Assembly (NCBI GenBank): GCA_947385955.1
Contig: CANDNA010000001.1
Span: 167,065 to 231,064, forward strand
Direction: 5' to 3'
DNA: 64,000 nucleotides
DNA from: an uncultured Clostridia bacterium
GTDB lineage: Bacteria; Bacillota; Clostridia; Lachnospirales; Lachnospiraceae
The notes beneath the pieces are model-generated. The model searched no databases and was not told the origin of the DNA. It worked only from the letters and a program-made list of their open reading frames with translations. Position numbers and translations under genes: made by a program. Shown piece by piece: positions 26,337 through 34,963 of the stretch (its first letter is position 1; every line of letters begins with the position of its first letter).

Positions 26337-27215
26337 GTGAAAACACAGGCTTTCTCGGCTGTCGAACGCCATTTTCTCACAGGTCACACCCTCTGTTTCC
26401 TTGCCGCTCTGATTTTTTTTCTGCAGGGGGCCTTTTTACCATGTCTGATCTGTATACTGCTGTTGGGCCTGTCCTTTCCGCTTTTTTTATTGTCTGACAA
26501 ACCGGCGGCCCTGTTTGTCCGTCATATAACAGAAGCGCCGGAAACCGGACAGACCACCGAATCAGTTGAATCCACTGACCCGAAAACTCCTGTTCTGTCC
26601 ACACCTTCGCTCCCGCCTGAAGATTACGCTCTTCCCGCAGCTCCCAATCTGCCAAAAGACGATTCCCTGCTTATCCTGCCCGGCTCTGTCAAAAAGCCGG
26701 TGTCTCTGGACCTGATTTCCCTCTGTATGGAAACGGGGAAAGAGCTGTTCTCCTTATACCGCCTGTACCCTTCTCAGTTCCGGATTTTAAGTGAAGAAAA
26801 AGACCTGTTCCTCTCCACCGATCAGTCTCTTCTGAAGCTGATTCTCCATAACCTGATGGACAACGGGGCAAAATATGCCAGACATGACTGCGCCCGCGGC
26901 GCCCGCTTCACTCTGACGCTTTCCCGGCAGGACTCTGATGCATTGCTGATTTTCCGCAACAATACCTGCGGCGTTCCCGGAGCAGAGATCCCGCATCTTA
27001 CCGGACGCAATCAGCAGGGTTCCAACCGGATCAGCGGCACAGGACTGGGGCTTTTTCAGGCTGACGCCGCTGTCCGGGCCCTGCAGGGTTCTCTGAAAAT
27101 CAAAAGCTCACCCGGAACCGGCTTTGCAGTCTATGTGCAGCTTCCGGATCTGGGTGAGCTTTCCAGGTACTCAAATTCCATTCCGCCAAAGGAGGAACCT
27201 CATGAAACGGCGTAA
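26337..27215 (+). CDS. Membrane protein with a C-terminal HATPase_c (GHKL) domain but no recognisable DHp / His-box (orphan kinase-like ATPase), 292 aa
   Basis: GTG start. Two TM helices. N-box LHNLMDNGAKYA, G1 FRNNTCGVPG, G2 GTGLGL. No H-E-x-x-T/N-P-type phospho-acceptor region precedes them. Confidence 0.5.
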   Translation: MKTQAFSAVERHFLTGHTLCFLAALIFFLQGAFLPCLICILLLGLSFPLFLLSDKPAALFVRHITEAPETGQTTESVESTDPKTPVLSTPSLPPEDYALPAAPNLPKDDSLLILPGSVKKPVSLDLISLCMETGKELFSLYRLYPSQFRILSEEKDLFLSTDQSLLKLILHNLMDNGAKYARHDCARGARFTLTLSRQDSDALLIFRNNTCGVPGAEIPHLTGRNQQGSNRISGTGLGLFQADAAVRALQGSLKIKSSPGTGFAVYVQLPDLGELSRYSNSIPPKEEPHETA

Positions 27216-28026
27216 ACTCATACTCTGGACATTATTTCTATTTTATTGTCTGGCAGCAGTCCTCTGCCTGTTTTTCAAAGGGCCCCTGTTCTCAAAAAAG
27301 CCCGCTGACGCTGCCCCTGTTTCTTCCACTGACGCTGCTTTGGAAACACTTTTTGAAAAACCAGAGCAGGCAGAAGTAAACGGGGTGGAGCAGGATACGC
27401 AAGAGCAGACACCTTCTGAACAGGATACTGCAAACGCATCTTCCCAGGAGGAGACAGCCGCTGCTCCGACAGACAAATCATCCGCAAACGCCGCTTCAGA
27501 AACGGAAAACGCCTTTTCCCCTGTCCCTTTTTCCTGCAAAACCGTCTTTCTGCCCTTAAATGTCCGCAGTATGCCCTCCCTGACCAGCCCGGTCATTGCA
27601 AAAATCCGGCCCGGTGAACAGGGCATGGTTACCGGGATCATTGACGCGGACTGGGTCAGTGTCCTCTATCAGGATACTGCAGGCTACTGCGCTGCACGCT
27701 ATCTGGAATATACCCTTCCCCAGTCCCCGGAAGCAGCCGGAGAGAACGGAAAGCTCTCCGATACGCAGCCGGACGAACCGGCGCTGCCAGAACAAAAAGC
27801 CTCCCAGGGCCAGACTGCAAAAGCCGACAGCATCAAAATAATCCAGGGCTGTTATATCCGGAAAGAACCTGACTGGAGAAACCCTGATGTCATCATCCGG
27901 GTGGCAGAGGCCGGCGCCTCCTATCCCCATGTGCCGGAAAAGGACGCCCCCAGCTTCTATGCCATCCAACTGCCCGACCGTTCTGTGGCCTATGTATCCG
28001 TGGATTATGCTTCTTTGGGGGAATAG
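27202..28026 (+). CDS. Secreted protein with two bacterial SH3-like domains and a low-complexity acidic / Thr-Ala linker
   Basis: Start chosen at MKRRKLILW (AAAGGAGGAACC RBS), followed by a signal peptide. SH3b-like segments ...RSMPSLTSPVIAKIRPGEQGMVTGIIDADWVSVLYQDTAGYCAARYL... and a second one near the C-terminus. Confidence 0.5.
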   Translation: MKRRKLILWTLFLFYCLAAVLCLFFKGPLFSKKPADAAPVSSTDAALETLFEKPEQAEVNGVEQDTQEQTPSEQDTANASSQEETAAAPTDKSSANAASETENAFSPVPFSCKTVFLPLNVRSMPSLTSPVIAKIRPGEQGMVTGIIDADWVSVLYQDTAGYCAARYLEYTLPQSPEAAGENGKLSDTQPDEPALPEQKASQGQTAKADSIKIIQGCYIRKEPDWRNPDVIIRVAEAGASYPHVPEKDAPSFYAIQLPDRSVAYVSVDYASLGE

Positions 28027-28050
28027 CTATATAAATACGATTTTGCCTGC

Positions 28051-28077
28051 TGCTGTATTTCAAAAACGGCTTTCTAT
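28051..28077 (-). terminator. Weak stem-loop (AACGGC-N10-GCCGTT) plus T-run between convergent genes
   Basis: Minus-strand reading: AACGGCagaatagaaaGCCGTTTTTGAAAT, directly after the stop of the 28085..28414 gene. Confidence 0.3.
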
Positions 28078-28084
28078 TCTGCCG

Positions 28085-28414
28085 TTACTTCTTCCGATAT
28101 TTTTTCGTGATAACCAGACTGTAAATTGCCATCATTGCTATTGTTTCTGCCATTACCCCCAATACTGACAGCAAAATATATGGTGTATTTTGGCCGCCAA
28201 GCAAGGGTATGCCCAATACAATAAAAATCACTCCATAAGCAATAAACAGTTTACCTGTCGCATGATTATATTTTTTTATGTCATTCACCGGAAAAGTCTC
28301 AATATTTGCCCAAAAACCAACTGCCTTTTTGGAAAAAAAGGCACTGATGCCAATGCCGGTCATAATACAGCCGACTATGGCCCATAGTATAAATCCAATC
28401 GTTTTTCCGTCCAT
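28085..28414 (-). CDS. Small integral membrane protein (3-4 TM), 109 aa, lower GC than surroundings
   Basis: Hydrophobic profile (FILWAIVGCIMTGIGISAFF; LFIAYGVIFIVLGIPLLGG; ILLSVLGVMAETIAMMAIYSLVI). Lys-rich tail. Confidence 0.6.
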   Translation of the reverse strand: MDGKTIGFILWAIVGCIMTGIGISAFFSKKAVGFWANIETFPVNDIKKYNHATGKLFIAYGVIFIVLGIPLLGGQNTPYILLSVLGVMAETIAMMAIYSLVITKKYRKK

Positions 28415-28446
28415 ATTGTACCCGCTTCAACCTTTCGAACACCGAT

Positions 28447-29036
28447 TTATATCCCTAATCCTTCTCTTTCCCTTCCACCGGTCAATTCCTTCCGTTTTTT
28501 TACCACTTCACAGAAATCCTTCCTGGCAATCTCATATTTGGAAGCATCCCGCAGGATTGCAGAAGGATGATATGTGGCGGTTAACGCACAGTTTTTCCGG
28601 TATGTCCAGGTACCATGCTGTCTGGTGATTTTAAAATCCGGTGAAATGATGCGCTGTGCGGCAACACGTCCAAGACAGACAATAATCCGGGGCTTTAACA
28701 GAAACGTTTCATATTTCAGATAGGGGAAACAGGCTTCTTTTTCTTCCTCTTGGGGTTCACGATTCCCCGGCGGATGACATTTTAAAATATTGGTGATATA
28801 CAATTCCGTCCTGTCCAGCCCGCAATCCTGCAAAAGTCTGTCCAGCAATTTCCCCGAACTCCCCACAAACGGAATCCCCTGCTGATCCTCTTCTCCTCCG
28901 GGCGCCTCGGCAATCAGCATAAGATCAGACTGATGATTCCCCCGGCCCATTACGGGTTTCTTTCTGGTACGGCTCAGCGGACAACAGGTGCAGCCGTTAA
29001 CATGCTGTTCGATATCCTTCCATGTATATTGCATAA
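28447..29036 (-). CDS. Uracil-DNA glycosylase, family 4
   Basis: Motifs CTCCPL (Fe-S Cys cluster), LMLIAEAPGGEED (the GE-A/G-PG motif), and ATYHPSAILR (the HPS motif). Start chosen at MQYTWKD. The ORF track shows a 37-aa extension that is probably not translated. Confidence 0.8.
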
Positions 29037-29293
29037 AATCTCCTTTTCGGTATGTGTGTCTGGAACATAAAAATCTCCTTACAGGTAATCCGGCAATACT
29101 GCATTTGCAATCTGCCCGGAAAGCCATAAGGAGATCCTCTTTCATGTCCCGCTTCGATCATATGGAACTATATTGTTTTTCTGTAGCAAATTCACATCTT
29201 ATTTTACCGTTCCGGACCATGTAAGTCAAGCAGTACGACAATCCGTAACTGCCCGGTCTGCCCTGTGAAACCCATACCGGTTTTGACAGTCAG

Positions 29294-30118
29294 CTAAAAA
29301 TTCCCGCTGCCGCCTCCATGCGTCGTGCCGGAAGAAGAAGTATGTGTCCGGGAACCTCCGGAACTGCTCTTCTCCTCCTTTTTCCTGCGGTCAACATGCC
29401 TGTAAAGAAACAAATCGTTCTTTTTTGTCAGCTGCATACTGCCCTGTTTTATATAAGAATCCGCTGCGGACTGGCTCTGTACCGTTTTTAGCTGTCCCCT
29501 CATGATTCCCGTTACAATCAGCGACAGGATAAATGCTGTTACAAGCGCGGCCGCCAGACTTCCCGCAAACCCAAAAGGCTCCTGCGGAAGATTGTCAATA
29601 TCATACGGCTCACCGTTCCTTGCCTGTGTAATAAAAGCATCACACAACTGTGCATAATCTGTAAACGCTGCCGCATAATCGCCTGCGCTTAAATCAGCCA
29701 CAAATACTTCCGAGATATACTCCCGTCCTGCGTCGGTAATTGCCGTTATGCCATAACCGGTCGTCGATATTCCCCATTCTCTTTCCTCCATACTGATCAG
29801 GAGCAAAATCCCGTCCCGCTCTTCTCCGAACCCGTAACCGTTCTCATCATAAAAATCATCGGCGTATGACACCACAGAATATCCCTCCAGGGAATCTGCT
29901 GTAACCACAACGATATCAACCTGCTGCCGTTCACTGATCTCATCCAGCATATCCGACAGATCGGATCCTTCACTGTCTGAAAGCAAACCTGCCATATCTA
30001 CAACCCTCGGCAGTCCGCCTGCTGCGGACACAGGGAGCATCGGACTGGCAAACAAACACAATACTGCCAGAATCGGTACCAGAAAGATACCGGACAATTT
30101 CTTATTCCATGTTCTCAT
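29294..30118 (-). CDS. TPM-domain (TLP18.3 / Psb32 / MOLO-1 family) membrane protein with Gly-rich C-terminal tail
   Basis: Signal peptide, then the motif LPRVVDMAGLLSDSEGSDLSDMLDEISERQQVDIVVVT typical of TPM. A TM segment and a SSSGTTHGGGSGNF tail follow. Confidence 0.65.
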   Translation of the reverse strand: MRTWNKKLSGIFLVPILAVLCLFASPMLPVSAAGGLPRVVDMAGLLSDSEGSDLSDMLDEISERQQVDIVVVTADSLEGYSVVSYADDFYDENGYGFGEERDGILLLISMEEREWGISTTGYGITAITDAGREYISEVFVADLSAGDYAAAFTDYAQLCDAFITQARNGEPYDIDNLPQEPFGFAGSLAAALVTAFILSLIVTGIMRGQLKTVQSQSAADSYIKQGSMQLTKKNDLFLYRHVDRRKKEEKSSSGGSRTHTSSSGTTHGGGSGNF

Positions 30119-30133
30119 CCTTCGTACCCCTCC

Positions 30134-31219
30134 CTACAGCAGCCAGAACAGATAGAAAATCACAAACAATATCACACCGGTGATCCCTGTCAGACCAAAG
30201 AGCCATTTTCTGTATGCCGCTTTATCCAACGGCAAATCACCCACCATTTTGCCCGTCTGACCGTTCATGGCAAAAAGATAGTTCTGCCCGTTCCATCTGG
30301 TACTCAAAAGCCATACCGGTAAAAGCGCATAGGTGACTTTACCGTCCACCAGCCGGATACTGCCTGCCTCTTTTGTCACTGCAGAATACCCCCTGACAGT
30401 CTCGTAAAAAGCATCCTCCGCGCTTTTCCTGATCCGCTCATTGGCGCGCCCGGTACTCTGCTCTGCATCCACATCATATGTATCCGCCAGGTAGCCTGCC
30501 AGATATGCCGTCTGGAAATCCACCGCTTCCGAGAATTGAAAGGGTTCGATGGATTCCATCAGATCATCCGGCATTTTGGAAGAGCCGTCCACGGGAACTT
30601 TTTCAAATCCAATCTTTCCGCCCCGGCTTACCGCATAAAACTTTGTTTCCGTGTACTCATACTGATCGTCGCTCCATGTGCGGATTTTGGTTGCCTTATA
30701 GCGCATATTGACATTGGCGCCGGCATCAAACAGCCAGAACGGGACATATACCCCCTTTACTTCTTCGATATGGTTCTGATTCTTGAATACTTTGGGGAGC
30801 AGACGTTTTCCCTCATAATGTTTTCTGAGCGCTGCCTTCGCAGCATTTTTATCCACCTTAAACGGAATCACAAAATCCGGCCTCAACGCACCGGAAAACT
30901 GCCCCATCATGACCACAGGGTTTCCGCAGAACGGACAGGAAGTGGCTGCCGTATTCTCATCACAGGCGATTTCACCGCCGCAGGAATGGCAGACATAAGC
31001 ATTCAGCCTGCCAAGTTCATCCTCCTGCCACTCTTCTCCCGCTGCCACCTGCCAGCTCATGTTGTCCGTCTGGTCACTTCTCAGCTCACGGTCATAGCCC
31101 GCCAGTGTTTCCATATCAAATTCCGTATCGCAGAACGGACATTTCATTTTCTGTATTGTGCTGTCAAAGGCAATGGCGCCGCCACAGCACGGGCATTTAT
31201 ATTCCTGCATTGTCGCCAT
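30134..31219 (-). CDS. Zinc-ribbon (2x CxxC pairs) protein with C-terminal TM anchor, ~360 aa. Function unknown.
   Basis: CPCCGG...CPFCDT and CHSCGG...CPFCGN motifs. C-terminal helix LFGLTGITGVILFVIFYLFWLL. ATG start overlapping the upstream stop (TGATG). Confidence 0.55.
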   Translation of the reverse strand: MATMQEYKCPCCGGAIAFDSTIQKMKCPFCDTEFDMETLAGYDRELRSDQTDNMSWQVAAGEEWQEDELGRLNAYVCHSCGGEIACDENTAATSCPFCGNPVVMMGQFSGALRPDFVIPFKVDKNAAKAALRKHYEGKRLLPKVFKNQNHIEEVKGVYVPFWLFDAGANVNMRYKATKIRTWSDDQYEYTETKFYAVSRGGKIGFEKVPVDGSSKMPDDLMESIEPFQFSEAVDFQTAYLAGYLADTYDVDAEQSTGRANERIRKSAEDAFYETVRGYSAVTKEAGSIRLVDGKVTYALLPVWLLSTRWNGQNYLFAMNGQTGKMVGDLPLDKAAYRKWLFGLTGITGVILFVIFYLFWLL

Positions 31220-31416
31220 CAGTCTCCCCACACCTCACCGTTTTTATCGGTAAAGGTCCCTGTGCAGACTTTGATCAGGTCAATCAGCCAGCCGATTCCA
31301 AAGCAGCCGCCTGTCAGCAGCCAGATAATACCTGTTCCGACCTTTCCGGTCATGAACCGATGTACGCCAAGTCCTCCAAGAAATAATGTAATCAATATTG
31401 CTTTTGTTTTTGTCAT
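31219..31416 (-). CDS. TM2-domain small membrane protein, 65 aa
   Basis: [42 protein letters not shown] matches the TM2 / NINE pattern (G-x-x-G-x-H-R-F ... GIGWLxD). Confidence 0.7.
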   Translation of the reverse strand: MTKTKAILITLFLGGLGVHRFMTGKVGTGIIWLLTGGCFGIGWLIDLIKVCTGTFTDKNGEVWGD

Positions 31417-31436
31417 TCCTATTCTCCTTTGTTATT

Positions 31437-32564
31437 TTAAACCGGTTTCTTTGCACCACATTCCGGGCAGAATTTTCCCCTGTTGACTGCCCCGCAGGAA
31501 CATTTCCAGGAGCCTGCCTGTTCCGGATCGCCCGGCCTCTGCTGCGCCTGTTGCTGTTGTCCCATTGCGAACAGATCCCTGGCGTTCATACCGCCTCCGG
31601 CATTCATGGCCATTCCCATGCCCATAAAGCCTGTCATTAATCCGGCGGAGTTGGACGCAGCCGCCCTCATGGCATCCGCCTGAGCGCCTGCCAGCGCTGC
31701 TCCTGCCATATTGGGGTTCTGCAAAGCCGCGGCCCGCTGTAACTGCCTGATCATCTCTGCATCTTCCTGCGGCAGAGTGACAGAACCAAGCGCGATGCTC
31801 ACTATCTTCAGCCCCCGCAGTTCACCCCACTTTGCCGAAAGGGCGGTATTCATCGCATCCTCCAGCTCCGTGTTATGGGAAACGATCTGATTCGGACGCA
31901 GTTCCAGATCCGAAAGCCTGCCAAATGCCGGCTGGAGCGCACTGATAAACTCGGTTTTCAACTGACTGTCCAGCTCACTGCGCTCATAATCCTGCTCTAC
32001 ATTACCGCAGACATTCGTATAAAACAGCAGGGGATCGGCTATTTTATACGAATAAACACCGGAACAGCGGACAGAGACATCCACATCCAGACCAATCCTG
32101 GAATCCACCACCCGGAAAGGGATCGGATTCGGCGTTCCGAACTTGTTGTCCACCAATTCTCTGGTATTAAAATAATACACCCTCTGATCCCTGCCTGTGT
32201 CGCCGCCAAATGTAAACCGCCTGCCGGCCGTCCTGAAAGTCTCCCGAACGCCTGCATCAAGACTCCCTGTAAAAATGCTGGGTTCCGTAGACGTATCATA
32301 TTTAAATTCACCCGGCTCCGCACATATTTCCACGATCTTTCCCTGCTCCACAATCATCATGCACTGGCCGTCCGCTACGGCAATCACACTGCCGTTGGAA
32401 ATGATATTATCATTTCCTTTTGTATTGGAAGAGCGGGAACTTGTGCGTTTTCTGCCCTTCGTAACCATAACATCCTGATCCATTGCCTCGCAGTAGAAAA
32501 ATTCCTTCCACTGATCCGCAAGCGTCCCTCCCAACGCACCCATTCCGGCTTTTATCAATCCCAT
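31437..32564 (-). CDS. SPFH / band-7 domain protein with C-terminal zinc ribbon
   Basis: Band-7-like core. Ala/Gly/Met-rich low-complexity linker. C-terminal WKCSCGAVNRGKFCPECGAKK. Start chosen at MGLIKAG. Confidence 0.65.
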   Translation of the reverse strand: MGLIKAGMGALGGTLADQWKEFFYCEAMDQDVMVTKGRKRTSSRSSNTKGNDNIISNGSVIAVADGQCMMIVEQGKIVEICAEPGEFKYDTSTEPSIFTGSLDAGVRETFRTAGRRFTFGGDTGRDQRVYYFNTRELVDNKFGTPNPIPFRVVDSRIGLDVDVSVRCSGVYSYKIADPLLFYTNVCGNVEQDYERSELDSQLKTEFISALQPAFGRLSDLELRPNQIVSHNTELEDAMNTALSAKWGELRGLKIVSIALGSVTLPQEDAEMIRQLQRAAALQNPNMAGAALAGAQADAMRAAASNSAGLMTGFMGMGMAMNAGGGMNARDLFAMGQQQQAQQRPGDPEQAGSWKCSCGAVNRGKFCPECGAKKPV

Positions 32565-32765
32565 AATGCAAACCCCCTTCTCCGGCAGCATATCGCTGAT
32601 CTATGGACATGACATAGTGTAGCCCATCCGTTTCCGAAAATGAATATTGTGACATGAAACGACCTGCAATCGCGACGAATCGACTCTCCGATCAGACAGC
32701 GCCTGCGGGAAACAGGAGACTGCCTTCCACAGACAACAGACCTACAGATTGTGCGGCACCGGCAC

Positions 32766-34043
32766 TCATATGGAAATACGCAGGATGAACTGTCCGTCTT
32801 TTACTGAAAATGTATATATGCCGCTGTACTGTTCCACAATAGCGCAAATACTTCGCACGCCAATCCCATGCCCTGACCGGTTTGTAACAGGAATCCCCCT
32901 GTCAAAAACAATATCCTCACCGCAGGAGTTGATGATCTGCAAAAAGAGCTTTCCCTTTTTTTCATACACGGAAACTCCTATTGCACCCGCCCTTCCCTTT
33001 TTGGTCTGTTCCCTGCAGGCATACAGCGCATTCTCCAACGCATTGGACAACAGTACGCACAAATCCGTTTCTGACACAGGAATGAACTGCGGAATCCTGA
33101 CCCTGACCTGCATCAGGATACCGCTGTCCTCAGCCCGCTTTGCAAATGTGGAAAAAATCAGGTTGACAGCCTCATTTTCACAGAATGCCGTTACCTTATT
33201 GGCTTCCGTTTCAGAATAAATCTCCCGGATGTATCCCTTTGCCTGCCCCAACTGTCCGTTTTCAATGCAGGAAAAAAGATACTGCATATGATGACGCATA
33301 TCATGCCGGTAAGCGCTTGTTTTTTCCTGAGACTCCCGCAGTGCGGCAATTTCACGGACTGCCTGCCCGATTTGCAGATTCAGGATTGCCTGCGTCTGTT
33401 CCAGTTGACTGCGGGTCCACCGCTCTTTTGAAATGTGCACCACGAAAAACAAATATGACAGACTACATACAAACGGCATAAATTCCACAGCCACCAGAAC
33501 ACCTTCCAAAAGCAGATCCGTATAGATGCGTGTCAGGTAATCAAAACCGTAATACAATGCCGGTACCAGTCCAAACTGGCACTGCAGAGACACCGGATAC
33601 TGTGAAACAGAACGTACAGCCGGCGCAACAAGCCATATCAGGAGCAGCAAAATCGGAAGCGTCATAATCAGTTCAGCCATATTCTGCATGATTGAATTGC
33701 CTGCAAATACGGCCGTAATCAGCAATGCCAGCCATCGCCGCACCTGACAGCACAGATAAGCGGTCAACACAGAAATCGCAGGCCATAAAAATTTCCGGTA
33801 CAGGATACAGAGCAGCACCGTCAGAGGGATATGCGTAATGAGCGGATAAAGCTCTTCTATGATATCTGCATTGATCCCAAAATAGACAATACCCTGAAAC
33901 AGTAAAATTACGGCAATGCCGCCCGACATGGCGAGGACTTTCTTCCGCGTCCAGAGAATATCGCAGAACGCCGCAGATAACACCATGCCAAAAACACCTA
34001 CGGAAGTAAGATTGATCAACTGGATATTGATCATGAAATACAT
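32766..34043 (-). CDS. Polytopic GHKL sensor histidine kinase of the LytTR-partner class (AgrC / YesM-like), 425 aa
   Basis: Six to seven N-terminal TM helices. C-terminal ATPase motifs NALENALYA and GHGIGVRSICAIVEQYSG. The start overlaps the LytTR regulator gene. Confidence 0.7.
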   Translation of the reverse strand: MYFMINIQLINLTSVGVFGMVLSAAFCDILWTRKKVLAMSGGIAVILLFQGIVYFGINADIIEELYPLITHIPLTVLLCILYRKFLWPAISVLTAYLCCQVRRWLALLITAVFAGNSIMQNMAELIMTLPILLLLIWLVAPAVRSVSQYPVSLQCQFGLVPALYYGFDYLTRIYTDLLLEGVLVAVEFMPFVCSLSYLFFVVHISKERWTRSQLEQTQAILNLQIGQAVREIAALRESQEKTSAYRHDMRHHMQYLFSCIENGQLGQAKGYIREIYSETEANKVTAFCENEAVNLIFSTFAKRAEDSGILMQVRVRIPQFIPVSETDLCVLLSNALENALYACREQTKKGRAGAIGVSVYEKKGKLFLQIINSCGEDIVFDRGIPVTNRSGHGIGVRSICAIVEQYSGIYTFSVKDGQFILRISI

Positions 34044-34771
34044 ACCTCTTCTCTGTTGAACATATATTCAAGATACAGCTCTTTGATCTCAGAGCACTTT
34101 CCGTGTGGAATCGGGATCTCCGCCAGATTCTCCATCGTAATTGCCTTATAGGAAATCTTCCGTATGTACTCCATATTAATCAAAAAGGAACGGTGCGGCC
34201 GCACAAAATTTTCATACTGTGACAGTTGGCCGCATAATTTATCCATACTCCCGGCGCCTTCCAAAACCCTGCCGTTTTCCATATGGAACAGCAAAGTGCG
34301 TCCCAGCACTTCACAGTATTCCAGTCTGCTCAGACCGATCCGTGTAATCCCGCTTTTGCAGCGCAGGATCAGGCTGTGCTGCTGTTCTTTCTGACATTCG
34401 GATATGACAGAATCCATCAGCCTGAAAAAATTCTCCTCCCAGATTGGCTTCAACTGATAAAAATACGCGCCCACTGTATAAGACTGCACCGCAAACTCGG
34501 ATGACGATGTCAGAAAAATAATTTTCATAACACTGTCATACTGCCGGATTTCTTTTGCGACATCGATACCGTTTTCATTTGGCAGGATAACATCCAGAAA
34601 CAGTATGTGGTAACGCACCCCTTTCTCGATTTCAGCCAGCAATTCCAGAGGACTGCAAAAAGCGGCGTAGCTGACCTCCTGATTGTTTTTTGTACAGTAC
34701 CTGCAAAGAAGGGCCTTAAGTTCGTCCAATACAGACACATCATCATCGCAAAATGCGGCCTTTATCATAAA
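34031..34771 (-). CDS. LytTR-family response regulator (REC + LytTR)
   Basis: Start at MIKAAFCDDDVSVLDEL. REC motifs include ILFLDVILP. LytTR signature FVRPHRSFLINMEYIRKI. The ORF track shows an upstream extension that is probably untranslated. Confidence 0.8.
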   Translation of the reverse strand, partial: FMIKAAFCDDDVSVLDELKALLCRYCTKNNQEVSYAAFCSPLELLAEIEKGVRYHILFLDVILPNENGIDVAKEIRQYDSVMKIIFLTSSSEFAVQSYTVGAYFYQLKPIWEENFFRLMDSVISECQKEQQHSLILRCKSGITRIGLSRLEYCEVLGRTLLFHMENGRVLEGAGSMDKLCGQLSQYENFVRPHRSFLINMEYIRKISYKAITMENLAEIPIPHGKCSEIKELYLEYMFNREEVCIS

Positions 34772-34963
34772 ACAACCTCGTCCTTTCCTTCCCCTATTAT
34801 GATAGTATGGAATATCACTCCAACGCTTGACAGAACATTTTTTCCTTAATAAACTGATAAGGTAAGACATACTATAACAGATATCCATCCCCAAAACCGG
34901 AGGCAGTGCGAAATGTATCTGAAACAGCGTGAATGGTAATGGGGATCTATCTGTGAAGAGATT

